A stretch of DNA of 60,419 bases from Candidatus Omnitrophota bacterium (lineage in GTDB: Bacteria > Omnitrophota > Gorgyraeia > Zapsychrales > JANLHA01), in assembly GCA_020632555.1 (NCBI GenBank), contig JACKFI010000010.1, forward strand, positions 1-60,419, in the 5' to 3' direction. The position numbers and the translations under genes were made by a program. A model generated the notes under the pieces. That model saw only the letters and a program-made list of their open reading frames with translations. It was not told the origin of the DNA and did not search any database. Positions 24,855-34,878 of this stretch are shown here, piece after piece (the stretch's first letter is position 1; every line of letters begins with the position of its first letter).

Positions 24855-26498
24855 TTATTTCATGAGATTCAACTTTTCTAGTTGTTTAATATATTGAGAA
24901 TAACCATCTGTCAATTTAAAGCCGTACTCATATTCCCCAAAGTTTTTTGAGTAATTCCACTCACCTCCTTGAGCGGAATCACGAATTAATTTAGTGTGTA
25001 GATTCTGGGATTTACGCATATCAAATATTAAAGTGGAATTATCAATGGGAAACTCGAGCATTCGTGGGTAGAGGATAAAGTGACTGATGAGTGCTCGATT
25101 AGCAATTTTATGGCTTTCTTGTAAAGCGGCTTGAATAACAAGTATGGGATCATATAAAGATGACATTTGGCCAAAGTCATCATATCGGCCAAAAATAGAA
25201 TAATATGGTTGTATGATACAGATTTTATTGAATTTGATTAAATCATTTCTTTTGAAGACCTCAGTAGCATAATCCAGTTCAATTTGATTTGGTAAAACTA
25301 TGTAGAGGTATAAATTTTTAAAGCATTGATAAGAACCAAAGCTTAGTGTGATTAATAAAATCAGTGTTAACATTGAGGATTGAATTTTCGAAGGTAAGAA
25401 TGACAGCAAATTTTGAATATTCCATAGCCAAAGTAATATGAGGAGTGTTGAAAGACTTAAGTATGTTCTATAAAACGCAACAGGATAGACATGGAGCAAG
25501 TTTGGCGAATAACTTAATATGATAAATACAAGAAAAATGAATATAATGCGGAATATATTAAAGAAATGTTTAGTGCTAACTTTTTTTTGATACAGGCGTA
25601 TTGTTGAGAGCAGCAGTGATAATAAAAAAAAGGTTATAGTAACGATGACCCAATTTTTATGTGGAAAGATATTCCAAAGATTAACAACGTTAAACAATGG
25701 TTCATGAATAAACCAAATTATTTTTTTGAAAAGGTGAAAATCAAGGACGTGGGGATTATAGATACCACTCAAATCTTTGTTATAGGTTTGAGCTGTGATT
25801 TTTAATAAAACCATATAAATTGCCATTGAAGATAGCCCAATTATTAGAAAATGTAACATGGCCCTTCGCCGTGAATTATGTTTTGTTTCAGGAGGACTCA
25901 ATAACAGCAGAAAAGCAGGCATGGTCCAATAGAACATTGCCGCGGGTTGATAAATTAAAAGAGCTAATAGGAGAAATCCTATCGCATAAAACAAGTATAG
26001 CCAACGGAATTGGGTACTTGTTTGATAAATTTTAGATGTACAATGTCCTGCAATAATTGACAGTAACATCGCGAGGCTTATTGCGGTAGCGACGGCTCGG
26101 CCAACAATGGATTGAAATGGTGGGAGAGTAAATAAGATTGCAGTAAAAAGCCATGCGTTTATTTTATGCGTAAAATATGGTCGGACCCAATTAAACAATA
26201 ATAATGCACAGACGGCATAGCTTATTGTACACAATAACCGTATAAAATTAAGGTCGGAGATAGTATAAACCATGTGCTGAAAACCTAATGTGATTATTGC
26301 GCCAAATCCACGGCCAATTGATGTTAGGATTTTGAACAAGGGTAATAATTCGCCAGATGGTCCCTTGTACCAGAGGGAATAGTCATCATGGTAAGCATAA
26401 TGTTCAAAAACTGCTGGAGCATACGAGGATATTAAAAACAGTAAGAATATTGTAAAGATAAGAAAATGTTTGGGTTGATTTGATTTTTGTTTTGACAT
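24855..26498 (-). CDS. polytopic membrane protein, GT-C-like (putative glycosyltransferase)
   Basis: 547 aa with about 12 TM helices. The first loop carries an acidic motif, YAYHDDYSLWY. The C-terminal domain is soluble. Confidence 0.4.
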   Translation of the reverse strand: MSKQKSNQPKHFLIFTIFLLFLISSYAPAVFEHYAYHDDYSLWYKGPSGELLPLFKILTSIGRGFGAIITLGFQHMVYTISDLNFIRLLCTISYAVCALLLFNWVRPYFTHKINAWLFTAILFTLPPFQSIVGRAVATAISLAMLLSIIAGHCTSKIYQTSTQFRWLYLFYAIGFLLLALLIYQPAAMFYWTMPAFLLLLSPPETKHNSRRRAMLHFLIIGLSSMAIYMVLLKITAQTYNKDLSGIYNPHVLDFHLFKKIIWFIHEPLFNVVNLWNIFPHKNWVIVTITFFLLSLLLSTIRLYQKKVSTKHFFNIFRIIFIFLVFIILSYSPNLLHVYPVAFYRTYLSLSTLLILLWLWNIQNLLSFLPSKIQSSMLTLILLITLSFGSYQCFKNLYLYIVLPNQIELDYATEVFKRNDLIKFNKICIIQPYYSIFGRYDDFGQMSSLYDPILVIQAALQESHKIANRALISHFILYPRMLEFPIDNSTLIFDMRKSQNLHTKLIRDSAQGGEWNYSKNFGEYEYGFKLTDGYSQYIKQLEKLNLMK

Positions 26499-26521
26499 AT
26501 CTATTTTATTGTTCGTTTAGT

Positions 26522-28927
26522 TTAAGTAAAATCATGTTTTAGTAAATTAGGATCTCTGGTGCATATTCTTAAAGCTAAATAAATAGTCCCCCCTACCCAA
26601 CATAATGAAATCCAGCACCAAAACCATTGAAAGAAATTAAGCAGTGGCGAAAAGAACTTAAAAGTAATTTTGTTCTTTCCAGGCATTAGTTGAATTGCTT
26701 TATAAGCTAAATTTGCTCGCTCTAATTGGATTTGGTGCCCATTATTGAAAGCTTTCCAATTAGGATGCCAGACATCACTATACATAAGCCACACGTTTTT
26801 GTTATTGGGAACATTCATTTCTAGTTCAAGTGTGTTTGATGAAAAGTTTTTGATATCAAACGGGATTGCTAGCCGCTCATTGTCTTGAAGAAATCCTTTG
26901 GGTTTGTGTGACCTAGAATTATTCTTTTGGGGTTGTAAATTATTGTGTGCCGATAGGAAAAGGATATCACCAGCATAGGTATCATTACTTATCAATGTAG
27001 CAATTCTTTGAGGATCATATATTAAATGAGCGTCAGAAAAGAATTGTATTTTAGGATAAGTCGCTGCTGCAAATTTTCCTGCGGCAACATGACCTGATGG
27101 AAAACTCAAATGATAGTAATAAAAAAGTCCTTTGGGTTTAATTTTTAGGTTGTCAATTGGTTGTTTCCAGTAGGCTCGCATAAAATTGTCTAATGGCAAT
27201 AACCAATGATCAGTTCGAAAAGCGCTTCCAACATCATCAAAAAATGCAAAAGAACTATTTGACCAATACTGTTGACCGGGTGTTGGCAAGTGAGTTACTA
27301 AATCATAACGTGCATTATTATCTGGATAGGCGGTTTCACGAAATTTAGAAAACGGCATGGGTTGAAACTTTGTAAGTTCAATTTGTGAATCTGTTAATGA
27401 AAGTGTACGCAAAGATGCTTCTGAGAATTTGTAAGAATAAATATCCCAGGTGTGAAAAGTTAATAAAAAAATTATTCCAAGTACTCCGAGATTTTTTCTG
27501 TGTAAGATGTAACTACAGAAAATAACCAGGATAAATACTGCTGCGATCATAAATGAGCGTTCAATTCTGAGTATTTGAAATGTTGGATGTCTTGTTTTCA
27601 TGAGAATTGGCAATTCAGAAGAGGTTGAAACGACGTTAGTTAAATGATCGTTAAAATTATTTTGGAGGTTTAGTAGTGTCAGTAATATTGAAAATATAAT
27701 CAAGGCACTTAGAATAAGTAAATATTTTCTATGTTTAACATTATTGATCAGTGCATCGAATCCAAAGCCAGCTAGAAAGCACAGGAGTAATTTGATAATG
27801 GGGGAAATTAATGTTAAATGGCGGTAGAACTTCATGAGTGGCCAGATGTAATAAAATAATGCGGCTACTTTACTGCCAACGCTGATGGATATAAGAATGA
27901 GAATTAAAAAAACAAAATGGAAATTTCTACGTTGAGCATTAATCACTAACCCAAAGATAATCATTGGAATAATAAACAGACCACCGTATAAAGTAAAATC
28001 TAAGGCGGGAGATATTCCAATAAAAAGTTCTTCCCATTTGTGGAGATTAAAATTGCCTGCATAAGATAAGAATCCATCTATCGTTGTGCTGATATCTAGT
28101 TCTCTGCCGTAGTTGTAGTTTACAATTTGATCAGTGCCAGAGCTTAACACAACATAAACGCCGACGAGAGATGAAAGTATTCCTAATATACAGAGAATTG
28201 TTTTGAAATTCCAAGTGATTCTTTTGAGTTGATTTAGAATTAAATCAAATTGAAAAAGTCCGTAGAATATGAAATATAGAAAAATAACCAGTGAAATAAG
28301 TGGTAGGAAATATGGGAGATTTCCTAACATTTGTATTGTTAGTAAATTCCCTGCAAAAAAGAAATATCGCCAACGACCTGTTTCCAAGAAGCGATGCCCG
28401 AAGTGTAAAATCAAAGGGATCGCATAGTAAAAGTGAAAGTTGTACCAAGGTTGAGTCATCCATACACAGGAACTTAAGATTGAAGCAACTGTGAAAAATA
28501 GTGCTAAAGGCGATTGCAAGAAGCGTCGAGCTAGCAGCCAACTGCCAATCATCAAAAGTAATTCGTCAACAAACATCCCGGCGTTAAAACAAATCATGAA
28601 ATTAATAGATTTGAGCAGTCCGTGTGCAAGCATTAGGGTGTTTTGAAAAAGACTGGCTTGAACAAAATACCACCAACTGGCGACTGTCCCTTGAGTCATA
28701 AAGGGCATCCATTGAGGAATTTCTCCAGAAATGACAGTGTCATTTAAGAAATAATATTGTAAAACAAAGTATTGAAATCCGTCATGCCCTCCGGGAATAC
28801 GTTTTGAGAAAATTAGCCAACTAAAGAAAAAGATTTGCAAAATAAGAAGAATAGAAAAAAGAAACACTTCAGCGGACAAACCATCTTGAAGTTTTATTAA
28901 AGATTTCTTTAGATTATTTTTGTGCAT
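26522..28927 (-). CDS. YfhO-like GT-C fold membrane glycosyltransferase (putative)
   Basis: 801 aa. N-terminal loop PGGHDGFQYFVLQYYFLNDTVISGEIPQWMPFMTQG, many TM helices, and a C-terminal beta domain followed by a last TM (KNKITFKFFSPLL...). Confidence 0.5.
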   Translation of the reverse strand: MHKNNLKKSLIKLQDGLSAEVFLFSILLILQIFFFSWLIFSKRIPGGHDGFQYFVLQYYFLNDTVISGEIPQWMPFMTQGTVASWWYFVQASLFQNTLMLAHGLLKSINFMICFNAGMFVDELLLMIGSWLLARRFLQSPLALFFTVASILSSCVWMTQPWYNFHFYYAIPLILHFGHRFLETGRWRYFFFAGNLLTIQMLGNLPYFLPLISLVIFLYFIFYGLFQFDLILNQLKRITWNFKTILCILGILSSLVGVYVVLSSGTDQIVNYNYGRELDISTTIDGFLSYAGNFNLHKWEELFIGISPALDFTLYGGLFIIPMIIFGLVINAQRRNFHFVFLILILISISVGSKVAALFYYIWPLMKFYRHLTLISPIIKLLLCFLAGFGFDALINNVKHRKYLLILSALIIFSILLTLLNLQNNFNDHLTNVVSTSSELPILMKTRHPTFQILRIERSFMIAAVFILVIFCSYILHRKNLGVLGIIFLLTFHTWDIYSYKFSEASLRTLSLTDSQIELTKFQPMPFSKFRETAYPDNNARYDLVTHLPTPGQQYWSNSSFAFFDDVGSAFRTDHWLLPLDNFMRAYWKQPIDNLKIKPKGLFYYYHLSFPSGHVAAGKFAAATYPKIQFFSDAHLIYDPQRIATLISNDTYAGDILFLSAHNNLQPQKNNSRSHKPKGFLQDNERLAIPFDIKNFSSNTLELEMNVPNNKNVWLMYSDVWHPNWKAFNNGHQIQLERANLAYKAIQLMPGKNKITFKFFSPLLNFFQWFWCWISLCWVGGTIYLALRICTRDPNLLKHDFT

Positions 28928-28996
28928 GATTTTCTGGATATTTATTAAGCAGTTTAGTTATAGAAGCAGGATATCACAATAGTTAGTATATTTGAT

Positions 28997-30493
28997 TTAA
29001 CGCAATAATAAAATTGTTCGTTTAGTTCTTCCGATTATTTTCCAAAGGGAATCTTTATAAAAATTATCAATTCGGCCTAAAGTATTTTGTTCTTTTTGAG
29101 CGGTTCTGTCTAATAACCAGGCATCATCTAGATTAATTAGTGCATAGTGAACATCCTCTGGGAGGGTGAAAGCTTTTAATGTGTTTAATTCGGAGTGTTT
29201 AATTTGAGCTGGTTCCTGAAAAGCTTTGTCATAAACTTTATGAAATGAGTACAGTTTTTCTCGAGTTGACAGCGGTGCAAGATAATTAAATGTCGCGATA
29301 ACTGCGGCATCAGTCGGGATCTTATTGATCAATTGCCAGCGGGCGATGGTTTCTTGAGTATCGCTATTTATATTGAGCCTGTTTTTTATATCAGGAGCGT
29401 ATGTACATAAAGAAAATATGGCAAGGATATAAAATCCATTTAAAAGAGCTTTGGACCAGCGAACATGAGTTGGGATAATAATTTTCTTAAATGTTTTCAT
29501 GGAAGCTAAAAATATAAATGGTGAGATGGTGGGGATATAATGATAAAAAATGGTGTGCTCGGGATAATGAATTGAGAGCATATGTTGAATGATTAGGGGT
29601 GTAACTGGCAATAGTCTTGTTAGTGATAAAATTGCTGGAATTAAAAGATAATCAAATAAATTGATCAAATAGGAATAGTTTATTGGATTAAAAATTGCTG
29701 TAAAGAACTTTTGAGTGTGTAAGATTGGGCTTAATAGCAAATCAGCGGGGCTTTCTCCAAGATTGCCGTACCGAACGAGAAAGGCATGTTGGGGCAAATT
29801 GCGAAATAAGGGAATGAGTTTAAAAATCAAGAACAAAAAAATTCCGCTGTAAAGGATTGTCAAAATAATCCAAGGGTTGCGATTTTCTTTGGGTGATTTT
29901 GAGAATCCATAAAGGCTTAGCATGATTGAGAGTAGCAACATGTTTTCTTTAATAGATGCGAGAAGAAAACTCCACATGAGAAACTGTATGAATCTCCCCT
30001 TCGTTGCAGCATACCAGGATAGAAAGATCAAAGGAGGTGCAAATGCTTCAGGATTAAACTCATATAAAAGACCAAAGATATTGCCGGGGAAAAGAAAATA
30101 CAAGATCATGAAATAGAGAGCTGGTGTTTCTCCGATCTCTTCGACAGCGATACGGTAGAGCAAAAACCCGGAGATGGCAAAAGCGATAACTTTCAAATAA
30201 AGTAATGTGAGGGCTGATGGCGCAAGATAAAAAATTGGTAAAATGATGAAGGTAAAGAAATAGCTGTGATCTCCAAAATAATTAATCCCAACCAATGAAA
30301 CGAAAGATTTGCCATGCAAAAGATTCCAGGTTGCTTGAGTGAAAAAAGCTAAATCCCAGTCATAATAACCAAATGTATAAAACTTTTTGGTTAAAACAAA
30401 AACCCAAAATAAAGCAGTTGTTATGGAAATCGTTTTTGCGATAGGGATTTTAGGTAGCCTTTTAAGGAAATCCCATCCTAGTCGTTGATTCAT
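28997..30493 (-). CDS. DUF2079-like polytopic membrane protein (GT-C-like)
   Basis: 498 aa. First loop [21 protein letters not shown], about 11 TM helices, and a C-terminal soluble domain. Confidence 0.45.
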   Translation of the reverse strand: MNQRLGWDFLKRLPKIPIAKTISITTALFWVFVLTKKFYTFGYYDWDLAFFTQATWNLLHGKSFVSLVGINYFGDHSYFFTFIILPIFYLAPSALTLLYLKVIAFAISGFLLYRIAVEEIGETPALYFMILYFLFPGNIFGLLYEFNPEAFAPPLIFLSWYAATKGRFIQFLMWSFLLASIKENMLLLSIMLSLYGFSKSPKENRNPWIILTILYSGIFLFLIFKLIPLFRNLPQHAFLVRYGNLGESPADLLLSPILHTQKFFTAIFNPINYSYLINLFDYLLIPAILSLTRLLPVTPLIIQHMLSIHYPEHTIFYHYIPTISPFIFLASMKTFKKIIIPTHVRWSKALLNGFYILAIFSLCTYAPDIKNRLNINSDTQETIARWQLINKIPTDAAVIATFNYLAPLSTREKLYSFHKVYDKAFQEPAQIKHSELNTLKAFTLPEDVHYALINLDDAWLLDRTAQKEQNTLGRIDNFYKDSLWKIIGRTKRTILLLR

Positions 30494-31155
30494 TTGCTAT
30501 GCCTCGATGAGAAATGCGAATGTTTGGTATTTTTAATCGCTTCTCTTCCCTGCTTAATCCGCCAGTGATTGGCGTCGCGTAGAGAATAAGCGCAACCGCA
30601 GTATTCTTGACGATAAAAGTTTTCGCATTGTGTGATTTCGCACATGCGTTCAACTCCGCCATTCTTGCGCCAATTGTTCGCCCAGTAAGTTAGCTGTGGA
30701 TAGCGTTGCGCTGCCTTTTGACCGCTGGCCATCACCTGATCCAAATCTTTGCAGCGGGCAATACCCAGACTGCTGGCAAAAACTTTGAAATTATTCTCAT
30801 GAGCATAAAGCGCTGTTCGTTCAAAACGCATATCAAAACAAACGCTGCAACGCTGGCCTCTCTCTGGTTCCATGCTTAGTCCCTTCACGCGCGCAAACCA
30901 AGTATCGCGATCATAATCCGCGTCGATAAAAGGAATATTCATCTTTTGTGCAAAACGCATATTTTCAAATTTGCGGATTTCATATTCGCGTTGCGGGTGA
31001 ATATTGGGATTATAAAAAAAGATTGTAAAATTAATTTTGGCCAAAGATAAACGCTCAATCAGTGATCCTGAACAAGGCGCGCAACAGGAATGCAGCAAAA
31101 GTTTATCAGCGGCATTGGGTAAGCTAAGGTCAGAATATTTTTGTTGATTGATCAT
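30490..31155 (-). CDS. queH: epoxyqueuosine reductase QueH (DUF208)
   Basis: [11 protein letters not shown] plus later Cys motifs (CSVC, YCGC). 221 aa. Confidence 0.8.
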   Translation of the reverse strand: MINQQKYSDLSLPNAADKLLLHSCCAPCSGSLIERLSLAKINFTIFFYNPNIHPQREYEIRKFENMRFAQKMNIPFIDADYDRDTWFARVKGLSMEPERGQRCSVCFDMRFERTALYAHENNFKVFASSLGIARCKDLDQVMASGQKAAQRYPQLTYWANNWRKNGGVERMCEITQCENFYRQEYCGCAYSLRDANHWRIKQGREAIKNTKHSHFSSRHSK

Positions 31156-32021
31156 TTTTTAGTCAGTTGAATCTGCTTTTTTAACGCTAAAGGGATTTTC
31201 TCAATAATATCGGTGGCAATCAAGGATATTGCTGTTTTTTCTTTGGCGGCTAAATCTCCGGCCAGTCCGTGCAAGTAGACGCCCAATCGCGCGGCATCAT
31301 AAGCTGCAAGTCCTTGCGCTAAAAAAGCGGCAATCATGCCGGTCAAAACATCGCCACTGCCGGCGGTGGCCATACCCACATTGCCGGTTGAATTGACGGA
31401 CAGTTCTCCTTTGACTGAAGCGACAATGCTTTGATGACCTTTGAGAACCAATGTGCAATGATAATTTCTTGCAAAATCGCCGGCAATTTTTTTTCGGGAG
31501 TTCTCGATAAAATCTTTTTTATAACCTGTCAAACGAGCCATTTCGCCAGGATGCGGAGTTAATATTTTTGGAGAGGTGTTTTTTTGCAAAACAGAAATAT
31601 CTTGTGCCAGTGCTGTGAGCGCATCTGCGTCGATGACCATCGGTAAAGGACAGTTAGCGATGATTCTTAAAATCAAATTTTGAGTTGTTGGGTCGCCGGA
31701 TAATCCCGGCCCTAAAGCCAGCACTTGAACGTTTTTGAGTTTGGACATGATTGTGGCATAAGCAGTTTTTGACAAAGTCCCTTCTTTTGTTTCCGGTAAT
31801 GGTAAAGTCATGATGACGGGCGAAATCTTTTGTTGAAGTGACGGATTTAAACTTTTTGGAATACCAATGGTTGTTAATCCTGCGCCGCAGCGCATGGCGG
31901 CTAGTCCGACTAAGGCGGCGGCTCCCAACATCGACGATGAGCCAGCCAAGATCAATACGTGGCCGAAATCATTTTTGTGGCGGTGGGGTTTATTCCTCAA
32001 TAATGGCAAAGGCAGTTGCAT
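31152..32021 (-). CDS. nnrD: ADP-dependent NAD(P)H-hydrate dehydratase (YjeF C-terminal domain only)
   Basis: [38 protein letters not shown]. At 289 aa it has no N-terminal epimerase domain. Confidence 0.8.
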   Translation of the reverse strand: MQLPLPLLRNKPHRHKNDFGHVLILAGSSSMLGAAALVGLAAMRCGAGLTTIGIPKSLNPSLQQKISPVIMTLPLPETKEGTLSKTAYATIMSKLKNVQVLALGPGLSGDPTTQNLILRIIANCPLPMVIDADALTALAQDISVLQKNTSPKILTPHPGEMARLTGYKKDFIENSRKKIAGDFARNYHCTLVLKGHQSIVASVKGELSVNSTGNVGMATAGSGDVLTGMIAAFLAQGLAAYDAARLGVYLHGLAGDLAAKEKTAISLIATDIIEKIPLALKKQIQLTKK

Positions 32022-32340
32022 ATTTATTCGTGTGTGAAATTGAAATATGAATGGATTGTTTTAAGTTTTTATGCGCGACGGTGCAGCGTGGTTTGCCGCT
32101 GGCATCATTGATAATTTGAATATCGGTCCATTGTAAGTCTTTAATATCAGCCAAGGCCTTGATCACGGCTTCTTTGGCAGCAAAGCGTCCGGCAAAATTT
32201 TGAGCTGGGAATTTATGACGCAGGCAATAAGCAATTTCATCTTTGGTAAAAACATGATTAAGAAAGTGTTGGCCCCAGCGCTTAGTGGCCTTAGCGATGC
32301 GCGAGACTTCGATAATATCAGTTCCAATGCCGGTAATCAT
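31990..32340 (-). CDS. acpS: holo-[acyl-carrier-protein] synthase
   Basis: GIGTDIIEVSRI, FAAKEAVIKAL, ISISH. 116 aa. Confidence 0.9.
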   Translation of the reverse strand: MITGIGTDIIEVSRIAKATKRWGQHFLNHVFTKDEIAYCLRHKFPAQNFAGRFAAKEAVIKALADIKDLQWTDIQIINDASGKPRCTVAHKNLKQSIHISISHTNKYATAFAIIEE

Positions 32341-33059
32341 TTCTTGCCTTTGATAATACGCAACATGTTCTTAACGGCATTTTCTAGTCCGATAAAAACA
32401 GCTTCACTGATAATGGAATGTCCGATATTGAGTTCCTCAAGTCCATTGATTTGCGTGATGGCTGCAGTGTTATTGTAATGAAGTCCGTGTCCGGCGCTGA
32501 CTTTTAAACCTAATGCGTGCGCGTATTGGGTTGCTGTGAGAATTTTTTTTAGTTCTTTTGTTTGAGTTAAAGGACTTTTTGCTTCCGCATAAGCGCCGGT
32601 ATGCAGCTCAATGATGGTCGCGCCGCTTTTGCAAGCTTGTTCAATGTGCTGTTTAATCGGCGCGATAAAAAGACTCACTGCAATGCCTTTGCCTTGTAAA
32701 GTATGCACAGTCCTAGAAATTTTCTTGAAATGTTTGACAATGTCTAGCCCTCCCTCTGTCGTGATTTCCTGACGGCGTTCAGGAACGATGGTGGCGATAT
32801 CCGGTTTGATTTTTTCTGTGATTTTAATAATTTCAGGATTGAGAGACATCTCTAAATTTAAACGCGTTGTAATGGTTTTGCGCAAAGCCAAGACATCACG
32901 GTCTTGAATATGACGACGATCTTCCCGCAAGTGGCAGACAATGGAATCCGCGCCGGCTTGTTCACAAATGCGCGCGGCGGTAATTGGGTCAGGATAGGAT
33001 ATGCCACGGGCTTGTCGCAATGTCGCGACATGATCAATGTTAACGCCGAGTTTTAACAT
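32337..33059 (-). CDS. pdxJ: pyridoxine 5'-phosphate synthase
   Basis: LGVNIDHVATLRQARG, CHLREDRRHI, VSLFI, ELHTG, AGHGL. 240 aa. Confidence 0.92.
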   Translation of the reverse strand: MLKLGVNIDHVATLRQARGISYPDPITAARICEQAGADSIVCHLREDRRHIQDRDVLALRKTITTRLNLEMSLNPEIIKITEKIKPDIATIVPERRQEITTEGGLDIVKHFKKISRTVHTLQGKGIAVSLFIAPIKQHIEQACKSGATIIELHTGAYAEAKSPLTQTKELKKILTATQYAHALGLKVSAGHGLHYNNTAAITQINGLEELNIGHSIISEAVFIGLENAVKNMLRIIKGKK

Positions 33060-33071
33060 AGGGCTGGAGTA

Positions 33072-33170
33072 TCATTTTAATGATTCACCGCTGACATAAT
33101 ACCATGTGAGAATGGCCAGTGCCAAAGCGATCAGTTTGAAAGCAATATTGTGCGTTAACCAGTTTTTCAT
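33072..33170 (-). CDS. 32-codon ORF resembling only the N-terminal TM anchor of CdaR/YbbR (mini-protein or gene remnant)
   Basis: My own translation is MKNWLTHNIAFKLIALALAILTWYYVSGESLK. The start overlaps the cdaA stop (ATGA). The pattern N..a.KliAL.lAilLW..V resembles the start of YbbR-family proteins. It is too short for the ORF track. Confidence 0.35.
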   Translation of the reverse strand: MKNWLTHNIAFKLIALALAILTWYYVSGESLK

Positions 33171-33940
33171 TTTTTCTTTTTGCCGTTGGGTTTAACCAAA
33201 ATATTTTTTAAAGTTTCAATGAGCTTTTCTTTGGTTTCGATACGAGTGAATTTTCCATTGAGCGCGATAGAAACATGGCTGGTTTCTTCAGAGACTAAAA
33301 TAATAACAGCGTCGGTGTTTTCACTTAATCCTAAGGCAGCGCGATGACGGGTGCCGATAATTTTGCTAAAGGTTGGATTATCTGATAAAGGAAAAAGACA
33401 AGCAGATGCTAAAATTCGGTCAGCGCGGATGACAACGCCGCCATCGTGCATGGGTGACGGTGGTGTAAAGATGGTCGTTAAAATTTCGCTGGATACTTTG
33501 GCATCCAGTTCCAACCCGCTTTCAATGAATGTTTTGAGTTTGGTTTCGCGTTCGATCGCAATGATGCAGCCGATGCCAGCGGCGGACATTTTAAAGACAG
33601 CGTTGGTGACTCTTTCAATAACATCAATAATTTCGTTTTCTTCCAAACCGACATTAAAAAGATGCTGCTGGCCCAGTCGAGCCAGCCCATGCCGTAACTC
33701 TTGCTGAAAAAGGATCAAAATTGCTAAAATGGAAAGTCCAAAAAGTTTTGTTAACAACCATGTGAGTCTGTCAAACCCCAGCAGTTGCGAGATTAGAAAG
33801 GCACCAATGATATAGATAATGCCCGTAAGAACTTGCAAAGAGCGTGTTCCTTCAAAGAAAACAAAAATACGATAATAAACAATCCAGAGAATAAGGATTT
33901 CAAAAAACGGCTTGATGGTTTCCCAGAGAGTGATATTCAT
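33167..33940 (-). CDS. cdaA: diadenylate cyclase CdaA (DisA_N), membrane-anchored
   Basis: Three N-terminal TM helices, then PMHDGGVVIR and GTRHRAALGLSE. 257 aa. Confidence 0.9.
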   Translation of the reverse strand: MNITLWETIKPFFEILILWIVYYRIFVFFEGTRSLQVLTGIIYIIGAFLISQLLGFDRLTWLLTKLFGLSILAILILFQQELRHGLARLGQQHLFNVGLEENEIIDVIERVTNAVFKMSAAGIGCIIAIERETKLKTFIESGLELDAKVSSEILTTIFTPPSPMHDGGVVIRADRILASACLFPLSDNPTFSKIIGTRHRAALGLSENTDAVIILVSEETSHVSIALNGKFTRIETKEKLIETLKNILVKPNGKKKK

Positions 33941-34843
33941 TTAGTTTGCCAATGGTATCTGTTCACTTTTGATCGCATCAACGACTCTAACAGCTTGTTT
34001 TAATGCGCGCACATCATGAACTCTTAAAATATGAGCACCATGAAGAACGGCCAGTATGCAACTGCTGATGGTTCCCGCTAATCGGTCACACGTATCATCA
34101 TGTAAAATTTTCCCAATAAAGGATTTGCGTGACGTTCCAATCAGTAAGGGGTGTTTTAAGACTTGAAATCTTTGCAAATGATTTAGAATTGTAAGATTTT
34201 GCTCTGCCGTTTTGGCAAATCCAATACCAGGGTCGATAATGATATTACTTGATTTGATGCCGATGTCCAAACAATTTTCTATCGCGGTTCTTAATGGAGT
34301 GATGATTTCGGCCAGAAGATTTTTATAGTTTGTATTCTTTTGCATGGTGGCCGCGGTGCCGCGCATGTGCATGATAATGATTCCAGCTTTGTAGTTTGCG
34401 ACCATTTTTAGAAGACTCTTTGGGGCATTCAGCCCTTGGATATTGTTGATGATGCTGGCTCCCGCATCCAATGCGTGGCAAGCGGTCAGACCCTTATAAG
34501 TATCAACGGAAATTGGGGTTTTAGCAACCTTTGTTAGTTTTTTTATTACCGGGACAATACGTTGGATTTCTTCGGTGGCTGATGTCCTTTGTGCGCCTGG
34601 TCGCGATGATTCTCCCCCGATGTCAATGATATCTGCTCCATCGCGAATGTGTTGGACGGCTAAGCGCAAGGCGGTATCGCTAAATTTTTTATTCTTTAAA
34701 AGACCATCGCCGCTAAAAGAATCGGGCGTGACATTGACGATGCCCATGATTTTTGTTTTGTGACCCAGGGAAATGGAAAAGTCGCGGGCATTAAAAAGAT
34801 AGCTGGGTCTGGAAGCAGTCAGGAATAATTTTTTAGTGGTCAC
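33941..34843 (-). CDS. folP: dihydropteroate synthase
   Basis: IMGIVNVTPDSFSGDG, DIGGESSRPG, SVDT, DPGIGFAKT, LIGTSRKSF. 300 aa. Confidence 0.9.
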   Translation of the reverse strand: MTTKKLFLTASRPSYLFNARDFSISLGHKTKIMGIVNVTPDSFSGDGLLKNKKFSDTALRLAVQHIRDGADIIDIGGESSRPGAQRTSATEEIQRIVPVIKKLTKVAKTPISVDTYKGLTACHALDAGASIINNIQGLNAPKSLLKMVANYKAGIIIMHMRGTAATMQKNTNYKNLLAEIITPLRTAIENCLDIGIKSSNIIIDPGIGFAKTAEQNLTILNHLQRFQVLKHPLLIGTSRKSFIGKILHDDTCDRLAGTISSCILAVLHGAHILRVHDVRALKQAVRVVDAIKSEQIPLAN

Positions 34844-34878
34844 GCGTGTATTTTGCTGTTTTTAAAACTATTCGTTAT

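Noticed and set aside
16306-30493. Glycosylation island as a horizontally acquired genomic island
   Set aside because: No flanking tRNA, integrase, direct repeats or obvious compositional break is visible by eye. It reads as a continuous part of the minus-strand gene train. Horizontal origin cannot be asserted without compositional statistics.
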